Source: an uncultured Planctomycetales bacterium (lineage in GTDB: Bacteria > Omnitrophota > Gorgyraeia > Gygaellales > Profunditerraquicolaceae). Taken from it: a DNA stretch of 64,000 bases. A program made the translations under genes and the position numbers. Of the stretch, positions 48,286-55,807 are shown in pieces. The notes below the pieces were generated by a model, which saw nothing but the letters and a program-made list of their open reading frames with translations, was not told where the DNA came from and did not search any database. The first letter of the stretch is position 1; each line of letters starts with the position of its first letter. Location: positions 110,197 through 174,196 of the forward strand of contig CAYHBB010000037.1 of the NCBI GenBank assembly GCA_964354795.1, read 5' to 3'.

Positions 48286-48592
48286 TGAATAATCTTCTCT
48301 CATCTAGACTTTGCCGAGAAACGGCACCCCAATCTATCCTTTAAGATTGGGGGTACCCACTTCTGCGCTACCCCCAGCTTTATAGGTACAGCTGGGGTAT
48401 GCTTTCGGCATTACTATCGGCTCTGGCTTTACCAGATCTGCTCCAGCTATTGCTGAAGCTCGCGGGCTTTACCCCCAGCTTTATTGGAAAAACTGGGGTG
48501 CAGTCTGCATTACCCCCGGCGTTATTGGAAACGCCGGGGTAGGCTTTCTGCCTTACCGCCGGTCGGGAATCTCACCCTGCCCTGAAGATTAC
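48286..48592 (-). promoter_or_regulatory. FMN riboswitch (RFN element), unusually long (~300 nt) with about four inserted double-hairpin modules
   Basis: The minus strand reads AAUCUUCAGGGCAGGGUGAGAUUCCCGACCGGCGGUA... at the 5' end and ...GGCAAAGUCUAGAUGAGAGAAGAUU at the 3' end. These match the highly conserved 5' and 3' halves of the RFN consensus, and P1 is AAUCUUC/GAAGAUU. The element lies upstream of ribBA-ribH. Confidence 0.8.
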
Positions 48593-48603
48593 ATCAGAAT
48601 GTA

Positions 48604-48631
48604 AGTATAGCAGAAAATCTTAGCTTGTCAA
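48604..48631 (-). promoter_or_regulatory. Sigma70-type promoter for the riboswitch/rib operon (-35 TTGACA, 16-nt spacer, -10 TATACT)
   Basis: Minus strand reads TTGACAAGCTAAGATTTTCTGCTATACT, placed about 10 nt upstream of the aptamer 5' end. Confidence 0.55.
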
Positions 48632-48653
48632 TGCTTTTGGAAGGCACTATAAT
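48625..48653 (+). promoter_or_regulatory. Sigma70-type promoter for cinA/pncC (-35 TTGTCA, 17-nt spacer, -10 TATAAT). Its -35 overlaps the -35 of the divergent rib promoter, and the predicted TSS is at the ATG (leaderless).
   Basis: CTTGTCAATGCTTTTGGAAGGCACTATAATATAGCTATG. The ATG lies 6 nt after the -10 and there is no SD. Confidence 0.55.
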
Positions 48654-48659
48654 ATAGCT

Positions 48660-49142
48660 ATGCTGCAACATATTATAAATCAAGTACATAAATCCCTAAT
48701 AAAATCCTCCAAAACTATCGCAGTAGCAGAATCTTGCACCGGAGGACTCCTCTCTGCCATGCTTACCGAGCTTTCCGGAAGCTCAAAATACTTTACCTTA
48801 GGCGTAGTCACCTACAGCAATAAAGCCAAAGAGAAAATCCTGGGTATCCCCTCATCAGTTCTCGCCAATAAAGGAGCGGTGTCAGAAGATGTCGCTAAAT
48901 TAATGGCACAAAAAGTGCGTAGGCTAGCCAAAACTGACTTTGGCATAGGTATCACCGGCATCGCCGGGCCAAGCGGCGGGACAACCCGAAAGCCGATCGG
49001 AACTGTCTTCATCGCTATCGCAACTAAAAATAAGACAATCTGCAAGAAATTCAGCTTTAAGGGCAATCGCAGCAACATTAGAAATCAATCCGCCTTTGAA
49101 ACTCTGAAGTTATTGGAAATTTTACTAAAACCTAAAGGGTGA
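48660..49142 (+). CDS. CinA C-terminal domain protein / nicotinamide-nucleotide amidohydrolase PncC-like
   Basis: TIAVAESCTGGLLSAMLTELSGSSKYFTLGVVTYSNKAKEKILGI...GIGITGIAGPSGG is a typical CinA_C sequence. 160 aa. Confidence 0.85.
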   Translation: MLQHIINQVHKSLIKSSKTIAVAESCTGGLLSAMLTELSGSSKYFTLGVVTYSNKAKEKILGIPSSVLANKGAVSEDVAKLMAQKVRRLAKTDFGIGITGIAGPSGGTTRKPIGTVFIAIATKNKTICKKFSFKGNRSNIRNQSAFETLKLLEILLKPKG

Positions 49143-49160
49143 TTTGGTATAGTTTCAAGT

Positions 49161-49202
49161 CTTGCTTACGAAGTTTGGCTTCCTAACCTTCTGTGATAGA
49201 AT
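49161..49202 (+). promoter_or_regulatory. Promoter with extended -10 (TGATAGAAT) upstream of the AT-rich hypothetical gene. Strong SD GGAGG before the ATG.
   Basis: CTTGCTTACGAAGTTTGGCTTCCTAACCTTCTGTGATAGAAT ... AAATGGAGGTTAAAAATG. Confidence 0.45.
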
Positions 49203-49275
49203 ATATTACAGAGAGTTTTGAAATATAGTGCTTTTGAAATAGAAGTATATAGCTGAGTGTAAATGGAGGTTAAAA

Positions 49276-49629
49276 ATGCACAGGTTTACAAAAGATTTAA
49301 ATTTATCTCATTTAATAGGCGGAGAGCTTACTTCGGTTTCCATAGACCAAAACAATCTTTACTTTGCTTTTGACCCAGATAACCACATAAGCATTTCTGG
49401 AGAATGGAAAGTGATAGATGATAAGAATATTTTGGTTGACGGTGGTATTTTAGGAGAAGACAAAGACGCATATAAAGTCCATAAACTTTTAGGCAAAAAA
49501 ATAAAAGATTATAAAATAAATTCCCCTAAATCACTCTCCATTATCTTTAATAATAATTGGACATTGGAAATAATAGATAACTCTGACCACTACGAGAGTT
49601 GCTCTATATCTCCAAATATATACATTTAG
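49276..49629 (+). CDS. Hypothetical protein (117 aa), AT-rich, no recognisable domain
   Basis: Clean ORF with a strong RBS and its own promoter. Codon usage is markedly more AT-rich than the neighbours. Confidence 0.5.
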   Translation: MHRFTKDLNLSHLIGGELTSVSIDQNNLYFAFDPDNHISISGEWKVIDDKNILVDGGILGEDKDAYKVHKLLGKKIKDYKINSPKSLSIIFNNNWTLEIIDNSDHYESCSISPNIYI

Positions 49630-49698
49630 GGGACCGCAAACTTCTTTTAGCGGCTGGCTTGGCTTAATTCTGAATAGGCTAATAGTAGGTTTAGTGGG

Positions 49699-49776
49699 TG
49701 ACTTGGCTTGATCCGAGCACGGCCATAAGCCGCGCGCAGGACAAGCCAAGGCAGGACCCACTAAACAATAACATAA
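49699..49776 (+). repeat. Long imperfect hairpin (11-bp outer stem GTTTAGTGGGT/ACCCACTAAAC, 9-bp inner stem CTTGGCTTG/CAAGCCAAG, 31-nt apical region)
   Basis: Perfect inverted repeats read directly from the sequence, with no downstream T-tract. It sits between the hypothetical gene and thpR. Confidence 0.55.
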
Positions 49777-49825
49777 GTAGTTCTTTAGGAAGAAGCAAGA
49801 CAAGACAGACGCTAAACAAATAAAC

Positions 49826-50398
49826 ATGCGCACATTCATCGCCATTGAACTACCCGAACCCATTAAGAATTCCCTCGCCAGACTGATTGATAAGCTTAAA
49901 GAAACCAGCGCAGATGTCAAATGGGTTCAACCGCAAAATATCCACCTTACCCTCAAATTCCTGGGCGAACGCGACGACAAAAAAGTAGACCGCATAACAG
50001 AAATCCTCGATGAAGTCGCCAAGAATCACAAGGCCTTTCCGATTCGCATCAACGCCTTAGGCGCTTTTCCGAATATGAGTTCACCGAGAGTCATCTGGGT
50101 AGGGATCGATCAGGGAGATATCGAAACTAAAAGTATCTTTAAGGATTTGGAAGATTCGATATGCAAGGTAGGCATCCCCAAAGAAGACCGCGCCTTCTCC
50201 TCTCACATCACAATAGGCAGGACCAGGTCAGCGAAAGGAATAACAGAACTTTCTCAGGCTATTGCTTCTTTGAATGATTCAATCGGCAAGGATAAACTTG
50301 AATTTACGGCAGGCTCAATCACCCTCTTCAAAAGCACTCTCACCCCAAAAGGGCCCATCTACGAAGCTCTGAAAGTCGTAAACCTTACCACCACCTGA
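49826..50398 (+). CDS. thpR: RNA 2',3'-cyclic phosphodiesterase (2H phosphoesterase, LigT/ThpR)
   Basis: Two HxT/S motifs (HLTLKF and HITIGR). 190 aa. Confidence 0.85.
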   Translation: MRTFIAIELPEPIKNSLARLIDKLKETSADVKWVQPQNIHLTLKFLGERDDKKVDRITEILDEVAKNHKAFPIRINALGAFPNMSSPRVIWVGIDQGDIETKSIFKDLEDSICKVGIPKEDRAFSSHITIGRTRSAKGITELSQAIASLNDSIGKDKLEFTAGSITLFKSTLTPKGPIYEALKVVNLTTT

Positions 50399-50829
50399 AG
50401 CGTAATATTGGTATAGATCCCGGCCACAATATCATCGCTCATCACTCCAAGGCCGCCTTTTAGCTTCTGCAGCCCATTAGCAGGATAAGGCTTTAAGGTA
50501 TCCAGCGCCCTGAAGATAAAAAACGCGAAAAATATAATTGCCGGATCCGGCGGCAGGAATAGTAAGCTGATAAGCATTCCGCTTACCTCATCAATGACAA
50601 TCCTGCGGTCATCTTTCTTATTAAAGACCTTCTCCGCTTCCTGACTTGCCAAAAACCCCAGCACCATCACTATAAAAGTGACAAAAACCAGGTCAAAAGT
50701 ACTTCCCTTAACAAAAAAGAATATCGCAAGTCCCGCGAAGCTGCCAAATGTCCCGGGAACAAGCGGTAAATATCCCACAAAAAAGAAACTGGAGATCAGT
50801 TTAACGATAAAGCGATGGTAGGAGCTCAT
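50359..50829 (-). CDS. pgpA: Phosphatidylglycerophosphatase A
   Basis: 156-aa membrane protein (...GYLPLVPGTFGSFAGL...DEVSGM...). PgpA family. Its 3' end overlaps thpR convergently by 40 nt. Confidence 0.8.
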   Translation of the reverse strand: MSSYHRFIVKLISSFFFVGYLPLVPGTFGSFAGLAIFFFVKGSTFDLVFVTFIVMVLGFLASQEAEKVFNKKDDRRIVIDEVSGMLISLLFLPPDPAIIFFAFFIFRALDTLKPYPANGLQKLKGGLGVMSDDIVAGIYTNITLQVVVRFTTFRAS

Positions 50830-50840
50830 GTGATGAGGGA

Positions 50841-51419
50841 TTATAACCGCGTGATGATCTTACGGTTCTCCCAGAGATAGGATACGCCGGAGTAAAGCGT
50901 AAAACCTACGGTGACCAGCATCAGCGAATAGATGACCGTGCGGAACATCTTTTCCCATTCCGGATTCCAGATGAAGTAAGTCAACATCGTCTCTTTGGCC
51001 ACAATAAAAAGCAAAATGACAAAGATAACCGACATCTGGGAGACGGTCTTGTGTTTACCGGCGCGCGCCGCAGACAGAACTTTGCCCTTATTCAAAGCGA
51101 ATAATCTTAAGGACGTGATCAGGAGCTCGCGCGAGATTATGATCACAAACATCCAGGCTTCGATCAGCTGCAGCTGCACAAAAGTAGCAAAAGCCGCCAA
51201 AACCAAGATCTTATCCGCAATAGGATCCATCAATCTGCCGAAATCGGTGATCATGTTCTTTTTCTTAGCGATCATCCCGTCCAGATAATCGGATATCGCC
51301 GCAATGATAAAAACCACCAGCGCGAAAACCTTGGCCCAGAACCCGTGGACAAACAAAAAGAACATAAAAACAAAAGTCAGAACGATCCTTAACATGGTCA
51401 ACCTGTTTGCGATATTCAT
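50841..51419 (-). CDS. pgsA: CDP-diacylglycerol--glycerol-3-phosphate 3-phosphatidyltransferase
   Basis: CDP-alcohol phosphatidyltransferase motif DYLDGMIAKKKNMITDFGRLMDPIADK. 192 aa. Confidence 0.85.
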   Translation of the reverse strand: MNIANRLTMLRIVLTFVFMFFLFVHGFWAKVFALVVFIIAAISDYLDGMIAKKKNMITDFGRLMDPIADKILVLAAFATFVQLQLIEAWMFVIIISRELLITSLRLFALNKGKVLSAARAGKHKTVSQMSVIFVILLFIVAKETMLTYFIWNPEWEKMFRTVIYSLMLVTVGFTLYSGVSYLWENRKIITRL

Positions 51420-52660
51420 ACAGCTTCTCCTACAAGGTCGTATTCAAGAGTATCGGTGATATTTACTTTGACAAAATCACCCGGTTTAAGTGGCTTCTTG
51501 CTATCTACATAGACCATACCGTCCACTTCCGGCGCATCGTACTGGCTGCGGCCTATGTATTGATGGTTCTCTGATCCATCTATCAAAACTTCCAGCGTCT
51601 TTCCTAAAAAATTCTGGTTCACCTCTTGCGAGATCTTCTGTTGACAGGACATGACCTGATTAAAACGATCAAGTTTAACGCCCTTAGGAATCTGACCCTT
51701 AAACGAATAAGCCGGTGTCCCCTCTTCGCGCGAGTAAATAAAAGCCCCTAGGCGCTCAAACTTTACATCTTTGATAAACTTAAGCAGTCCCTTGAATTCC
51801 TTATCCGTTTCAGAAGGCATTCCCACTATCACCGAGGTGCGTAGCGCCACCTGTGGGATCATCCTACGGGCCTTCTCTATCAGCTTTATTATATCAGCTT
51901 TTGCGGTTTTTCGGTTCATTAATTTCAAAATACGGCTTGAGATATGTTGAACCGGAAGATCGACATATTTACAGATCTTGGGGTCGCTAGCGATGAGCTT
52001 CAAAAGCTCATCGGTCACGCGCTCAGGATTAAGATATAATAACCTGATCCAGGCGATATTCCCGGAATTTCTGGAGATCTTTCTTACTATATCGGCAAGC
52101 TCAAATCTATCGTGTAAATCTATACCGTAGCCGGTGATGTCCTGGCCGATGATATTTAATTCCGAGATCTTTTCTTTATTAAAAAGCTTAACTTTATTCA
52201 GGATCACACGCTCGTCAAGACTGGTAAATTTTCCCTTGATAACCGGGATCACGCAATAGCTGCAGTTATTGACGCAGCCCTCGCAGATCTTTAAATAGGC
52301 GTAATGCCCCGGCGTGATAGGAAATCTCTTAGTCTCCTGGTCAAGAGACACCTTGCCGATAAAAGCATCCACCTCGGGTAATTCTTTGCGTAGCTCGTCC
52401 TTGTATCTCTGGGCAAGGCAGCCGTAGACAATGATTCTTTTAAGCTTGCCCTCTTTCTTAAGCGCCACTAAATCGAGGATCGCCTCAATGGACTCCTGCT
52501 TCGCTTCCTCGATAAAAGCACAGGTATTGATGATCGCCACCTGCGCCTTATCCATATCCACTACCCGGTGGCCCTTGAGGCTTAAAGCCCCGACGATACT
52601 TTCCGAGTCTACCAGATTGCGCGGGCAGCCGAGACTTAGTATGCCGACCCTTTGCCTCAT
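51416..52660 (-). CDS. rimO: Ribosomal protein S12 methylthiotransferase RimO (radical SAM MTTase)
   Basis: MTTase N-domain RVGILSLGCPRNLVDSE, radical SAM CEGCVNNCSYC, and C-terminal TRAM. The start was moved to M51 of the ORF-track product (ATGA overlap with the upstream gene). Confidence 0.85.
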   Translation of the reverse strand: MRQRVGILSLGCPRNLVDSESIVGALSLKGHRVVDMDKAQVAIINTCAFIEEAKQESIEAILDLVALKKEGKLKRIIVYGCLAQRYKDELRKELPEVDAFIGKVSLDQETKRFPITPGHYAYLKICEGCVNNCSYCVIPVIKGKFTSLDERVILNKVKLFNKEKISELNIIGQDITGYGIDLHDRFELADIVRKISRNSGNIAWIRLLYLNPERVTDELLKLIASDPKICKYVDLPVQHISSRILKLMNRKTAKADIIKLIEKARRMIPQVALRTSVIVGMPSETDKEFKGLLKFIKDVKFERLGAFIYSREEGTPAYSFKGQIPKGVKLDRFNQVMSCQQKISQEVNQNFLGKTLEVLIDGSENHQYIGRSQYDAPEVDGMVYVDSKKPLKPGDFVKVNITDTLEYDLVGEAV

Positions 52661-53505
52661 CTGGGGATGGTCAAACCTTCGCGGGTGATCAGAATACCTT
52701 TGATCGATTCTCCCCTGCGCCCGAGTTTTGAAAAGATCTGGCCGTTTACTTCCAGCTCCACAGCTCCGGCATTTCCGATAGAAAGCTCCATCTTGTTTTT
52801 CCCGGTCCAAATCTCAGGACGGCCCTTGGCAAGCTCCTGATGAAAGACAACTTTTCCGTCGATTTTTAAATGCACAAAACAATTCTCGCGGGTGCGGATC
52901 ACCAGGCGGATCTCGGAAAGCAGGTCTTTTCTCGGCTTCAGGGAGATCTCTAAAGGCTTGACGACTGCAGGCTGGACCTTAACCGGCTGTTGCGGCGATA
53001 CAGATTTCTTAGCTTCTTTCTTAACTTGCGAAATCCTTGCCACGGATTTTTGGGATTTTAATGCCGGAGCGGATCTATGGGAAGCGATCAGTTTGCCTAA
53101 AGAAAATAGCACCAACGAAATGACGGCAAAAGCGATAAACAGGATCACCGCCATCTTGACTTTATTGCCGGGATTAAACCCTCCCATTTGAATAGGCTTG
53201 GCGTTAAGAATGGAATTATTCTTAGCCGGATCAGACCCTGACAACGTCCCCCTTACCTTGGCTACCTGGGGCGCAGGCACAGGCTCAGGCAAGTCATGGC
53301 TGACATAATCCTTATAATCGACTCCGAGATACGCGCAGTATATCTTAATAAAGCTTTTTAAGTATATCGGGCTTAAATTAGAGATACTGTCGCCCTCAAC
53401 AGCCTTAAGGATATTAAGGTTGATCCTGGTCTTTTTCTGGACCTCTTCCAGGCTTAAACCTCTTTCAAGGCGTAACTGCTTGAGTCTTGCTCCGTGTGAA
53501 TCCAT
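52657..53505 (-). CDS. RodZ-like cytoskeleton protein (HTH-XRE + TM + C-terminal DUF4115-like domain)
   Basis: N-terminal HTH LKQLRLERGLSLEEVQKKTRINLNILKAVE, a single transmembrane segment VKMAVILFIAFAVISLVLF, and a beta-rich C-terminus. Confidence 0.7.
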   Translation of the reverse strand: MDSHGARLKQLRLERGLSLEEVQKKTRINLNILKAVEGDSISNLSPIYLKSFIKIYCAYLGVDYKDYVSHDLPEPVPAPQVAKVRGTLSGSDPAKNNSILNAKPIQMGGFNPGNKVKMAVILFIAFAVISLVLFSLGKLIASHRSAPALKSQKSVARISQVKKEAKKSVSPQQPVKVQPAVVKPLEISLKPRKDLLSEIRLVIRTRENCFVHLKIDGKVVFHQELAKGRPEIWTGKNKMELSIGNAGAVELEVNGQIFSKLGRRGESIKGILITREGLTIPR

Positions 53506-53609
53506 AATTATTAGTGGAGCTCCCCGGACTAAAGTCCGAGGCTCCCTCCTGAACAGAAATCAATCTACATTCATCCCTCGGGTTAAAACCCGGGGATTTC
53601 TGTGAAGGA

Positions 53610-55799
53610 TTACTGTGTTTCGCTGACAGCTTTACGCTCGGCAGTGTTGCGCGCGAGCCAGTCTTCTCTATTGACGAGGATCTTGCGGGGCTTGCTTCCT
53701 TCGAAGGGGCCGACAAGGCCCTCCTGCTCCATGTTATCTATGATGCGGGCCGCGCGGGTGTATCCGAGGCGCATGCGCCGCTGTAAAATCGATACTGACG
53801 CCTGGTTGCTTTCCATGATGATGCGGGCTGCCTCATCATAAAGCTCATCTTTTTCTCCGGTGTTAAACTGCGACTTCTGCTGCTCTTTCAGGATCTCCTC
53901 ATCGTAAACCGGCTCTCCTTGAGAACGGATAAACTCTACCACCCGCTCGATCTCGGCATCTTTAAGGAATGTGCCCTGAATACGGATAAGCTCCTCCTTG
54001 CCCGGCTCCTGAAAAAGCATATCACCTTTACCAAGAAGAGCCTCAGCCCCGTTTTTGTCCAGCACGGTGCGCGAATCCACCTTGGAAGCCACTTTAAATG
54101 AAATGCGCGCGGGAAGATTAGCCTTTAATACTCCGGTGACTACATTTACCGACGGGCGCTGTGTGGCAAGAACAAGATGGATTCCTACAGCTCGGGAAAG
54201 CTGGGCCAAACGGGTGACCGCGTTTTCAATTTCTACGCGGGCAATACTCATCAGATCAGCAAATTCATCGATGACCACTATGATATAAGGAAGTTTCTCC
54301 CTCTTTTCATTATAAGCCTCGATATTACGCGCCCCGGCCCCCTGCAGCAGATCATAACGCTTACTCATCTCACTCACTGTCCAGTTAAGAGCAGCGGAGA
54401 CCTTCTTGTGGTCAGTGACCACAGGACATAATAAATGCGGCAGGCCGTTATAAGGCATAAGCTCCACGCGCTTGGGGTCCACCATGATGAACTTGACTTC
54501 ATTAGGACTAGCCTTATACAAAAGAGAGAGAATCAGCGAGTTCACGCAAACCGTTTTCCCTGAGCCTGTCGTGCCGGCGATCAACAAATGCGGCATCTCA
54601 TCAAGGTCAGTGACTATGGAGTGGCCGGTAATATCTTTGCCCAAGGCAAGGGTGAGTTTGGACTTTGCCTCCTGAAACACCTTGGAAGCGATGACGTCTT
54701 TTAAGAATACAAAGCTTCCCTTAGTATTGGGGATCTCTACACCTACGCGAGCCTTGCCGGGAATGGGTGCGATGATCCTTACTGACTGGGCCTTCATGGC
54801 CAAAGCTATATCGTCGCTTAAATTCTCGATACTGTTTACTTTTACTCCCGGCGCCGGCTCAAGCTCAAAGCGGGTGATGATCGGGCCGCGCACGATATCC
54901 GTGACTTTTGCCGAGATCCCGAAATCGGAAAGTGTTTCTTCCAGGACCCGGGCGGTATTCTCCATGTCCTCTCCGGGATCAAAAGTATCTCTTGTAGGAG
55001 GAGAATCCAAAAGCTCTATTGACGGAAGATGATAATCGCCGATTTTAACTTCCTGCTGTTTGACTTTAGGTTCCTCTACCGGCAAACGGGTCTTGATCTT
55101 AGACTTAAGCGTAGCTAAAGAAGGAAATGATGAAAACATGGGCTCTTTAGCCCCTTCTTTTTCTTTAGGCTTAAATAAAGACTTCTCTGCAAGCGCAGAT
55201 TTTACTCTAAGCGCTCTCTCCTTCCCCTTTTTAAAGAAAGCGAACATCCCGCCAAGGACGGCGAAAACATCTTTGGTCAATTTGTAGCTCTTTAAAAATA
55301 TGGAAGAAATCAGGGTCTCAGTGACCAAAGCCAGTGATAGTATGCCAAAGGTAATAAAGATGATGAACCCGCCGAGGCGGCTGAAATACGCGGTGATGAA
55401 ATTTGAAAGATTAAACCCGGCGAAACCCGCGAGATAAAAACGCACGTTCTGGGTTCCGTATCCAAACATTCCAATAAGCGAACACATGGATAATAACAGA
55501 ATGATCATCCCCAGGATGCGCGGAATGCTTAAATACGGGGACTCCTGGCGGAAATACTTGACACCCAGGAGTAAAATCAAAATCGGCAGGACGAGACTTG
55601 TCGGCCTGCCGAATAAAAATACAATTGCCTCGCTTAAATACGCTCCGAATATTCCTAAGAGATTCCTGGAGGGGTAATACGGATGGGAGGTGTAAAGAGA
55701 CAGGTCCAGGCGTTCGAATCTGATCAGGCTAACCAAAACCATCAGCCCTATCGCCAAGAGGATTACGCCTTTTAATTCATTTATTCGCTTTTCTCTCAC
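53610..55799 (-). CDS. ftsK: DNA translocase FtsK
   Basis: N-terminal transmembrane segments, motor domain with Walker A (GTTGSGKT), and a C-terminal gamma winged-helix domain. 729 aa. Confidence 0.9.
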   Translation of the reverse strand: MREKRINELKGVILLAIGLMVLVSLIRFERLDLSLYTSHPYYPSRNLLGIFGAYLSEAIVFLFGRPTSLVLPILILLLGVKYFRQESPYLSIPRILGMIILLLSMCSLIGMFGYGTQNVRFYLAGFAGFNLSNFITAYFSRLGGFIIFITFGILSLALVTETLISSIFLKSYKLTKDVFAVLGGMFAFFKKGKERALRVKSALAEKSLFKPKEKEGAKEPMFSSFPSLATLKSKIKTRLPVEEPKVKQQEVKIGDYHLPSIELLDSPPTRDTFDPGEDMENTARVLEETLSDFGISAKVTDIVRGPIITRFELEPAPGVKVNSIENLSDDIALAMKAQSVRIIAPIPGKARVGVEIPNTKGSFVFLKDVIASKVFQEAKSKLTLALGKDITGHSIVTDLDEMPHLLIAGTTGSGKTVCVNSLILSLLYKASPNEVKFIMVDPKRVELMPYNGLPHLLCPVVTDHKKVSAALNWTVSEMSKRYDLLQGAGARNIEAYNEKREKLPYIIVVIDEFADLMSIARVEIENAVTRLAQLSRAVGIHLVLATQRPSVNVVTGVLKANLPARISFKVASKVDSRTVLDKNGAEALLGKGDMLFQEPGKEELIRIQGTFLKDAEIERVVEFIRSQGEPVYDEEILKEQQKSQFNTGEKDELYDEAARIIMESNQASVSILQRRMRLGYTRAARIIDNMEQEGLVGPFEGSKPRKILVNREDWLARNTAERKAVSETQ

Positions 55800-55807
55800 G
55801 GCAACCG

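Noticed and set aside
48337-48560. A series of similar GC-rich repeats with interspersed unique sequence that superficially resembles a short CRISPR array
   Set aside because: The repeat cores differ from one another by compensatory stem changes. The spacings are irregular and no uniform spacer length exists. The region aligns to the conserved halves of an FMN riboswitch. I therefore interpret it as structured RNA hairpins, not CRISPR.
53506-53609. Hairpins between the rodZ-like gene and ftsK as an intrinsic terminator
   Set aside because: The stems are not followed by a U-tract on the transcribed strand. They are more likely a processing or structural element, or fortuitous.
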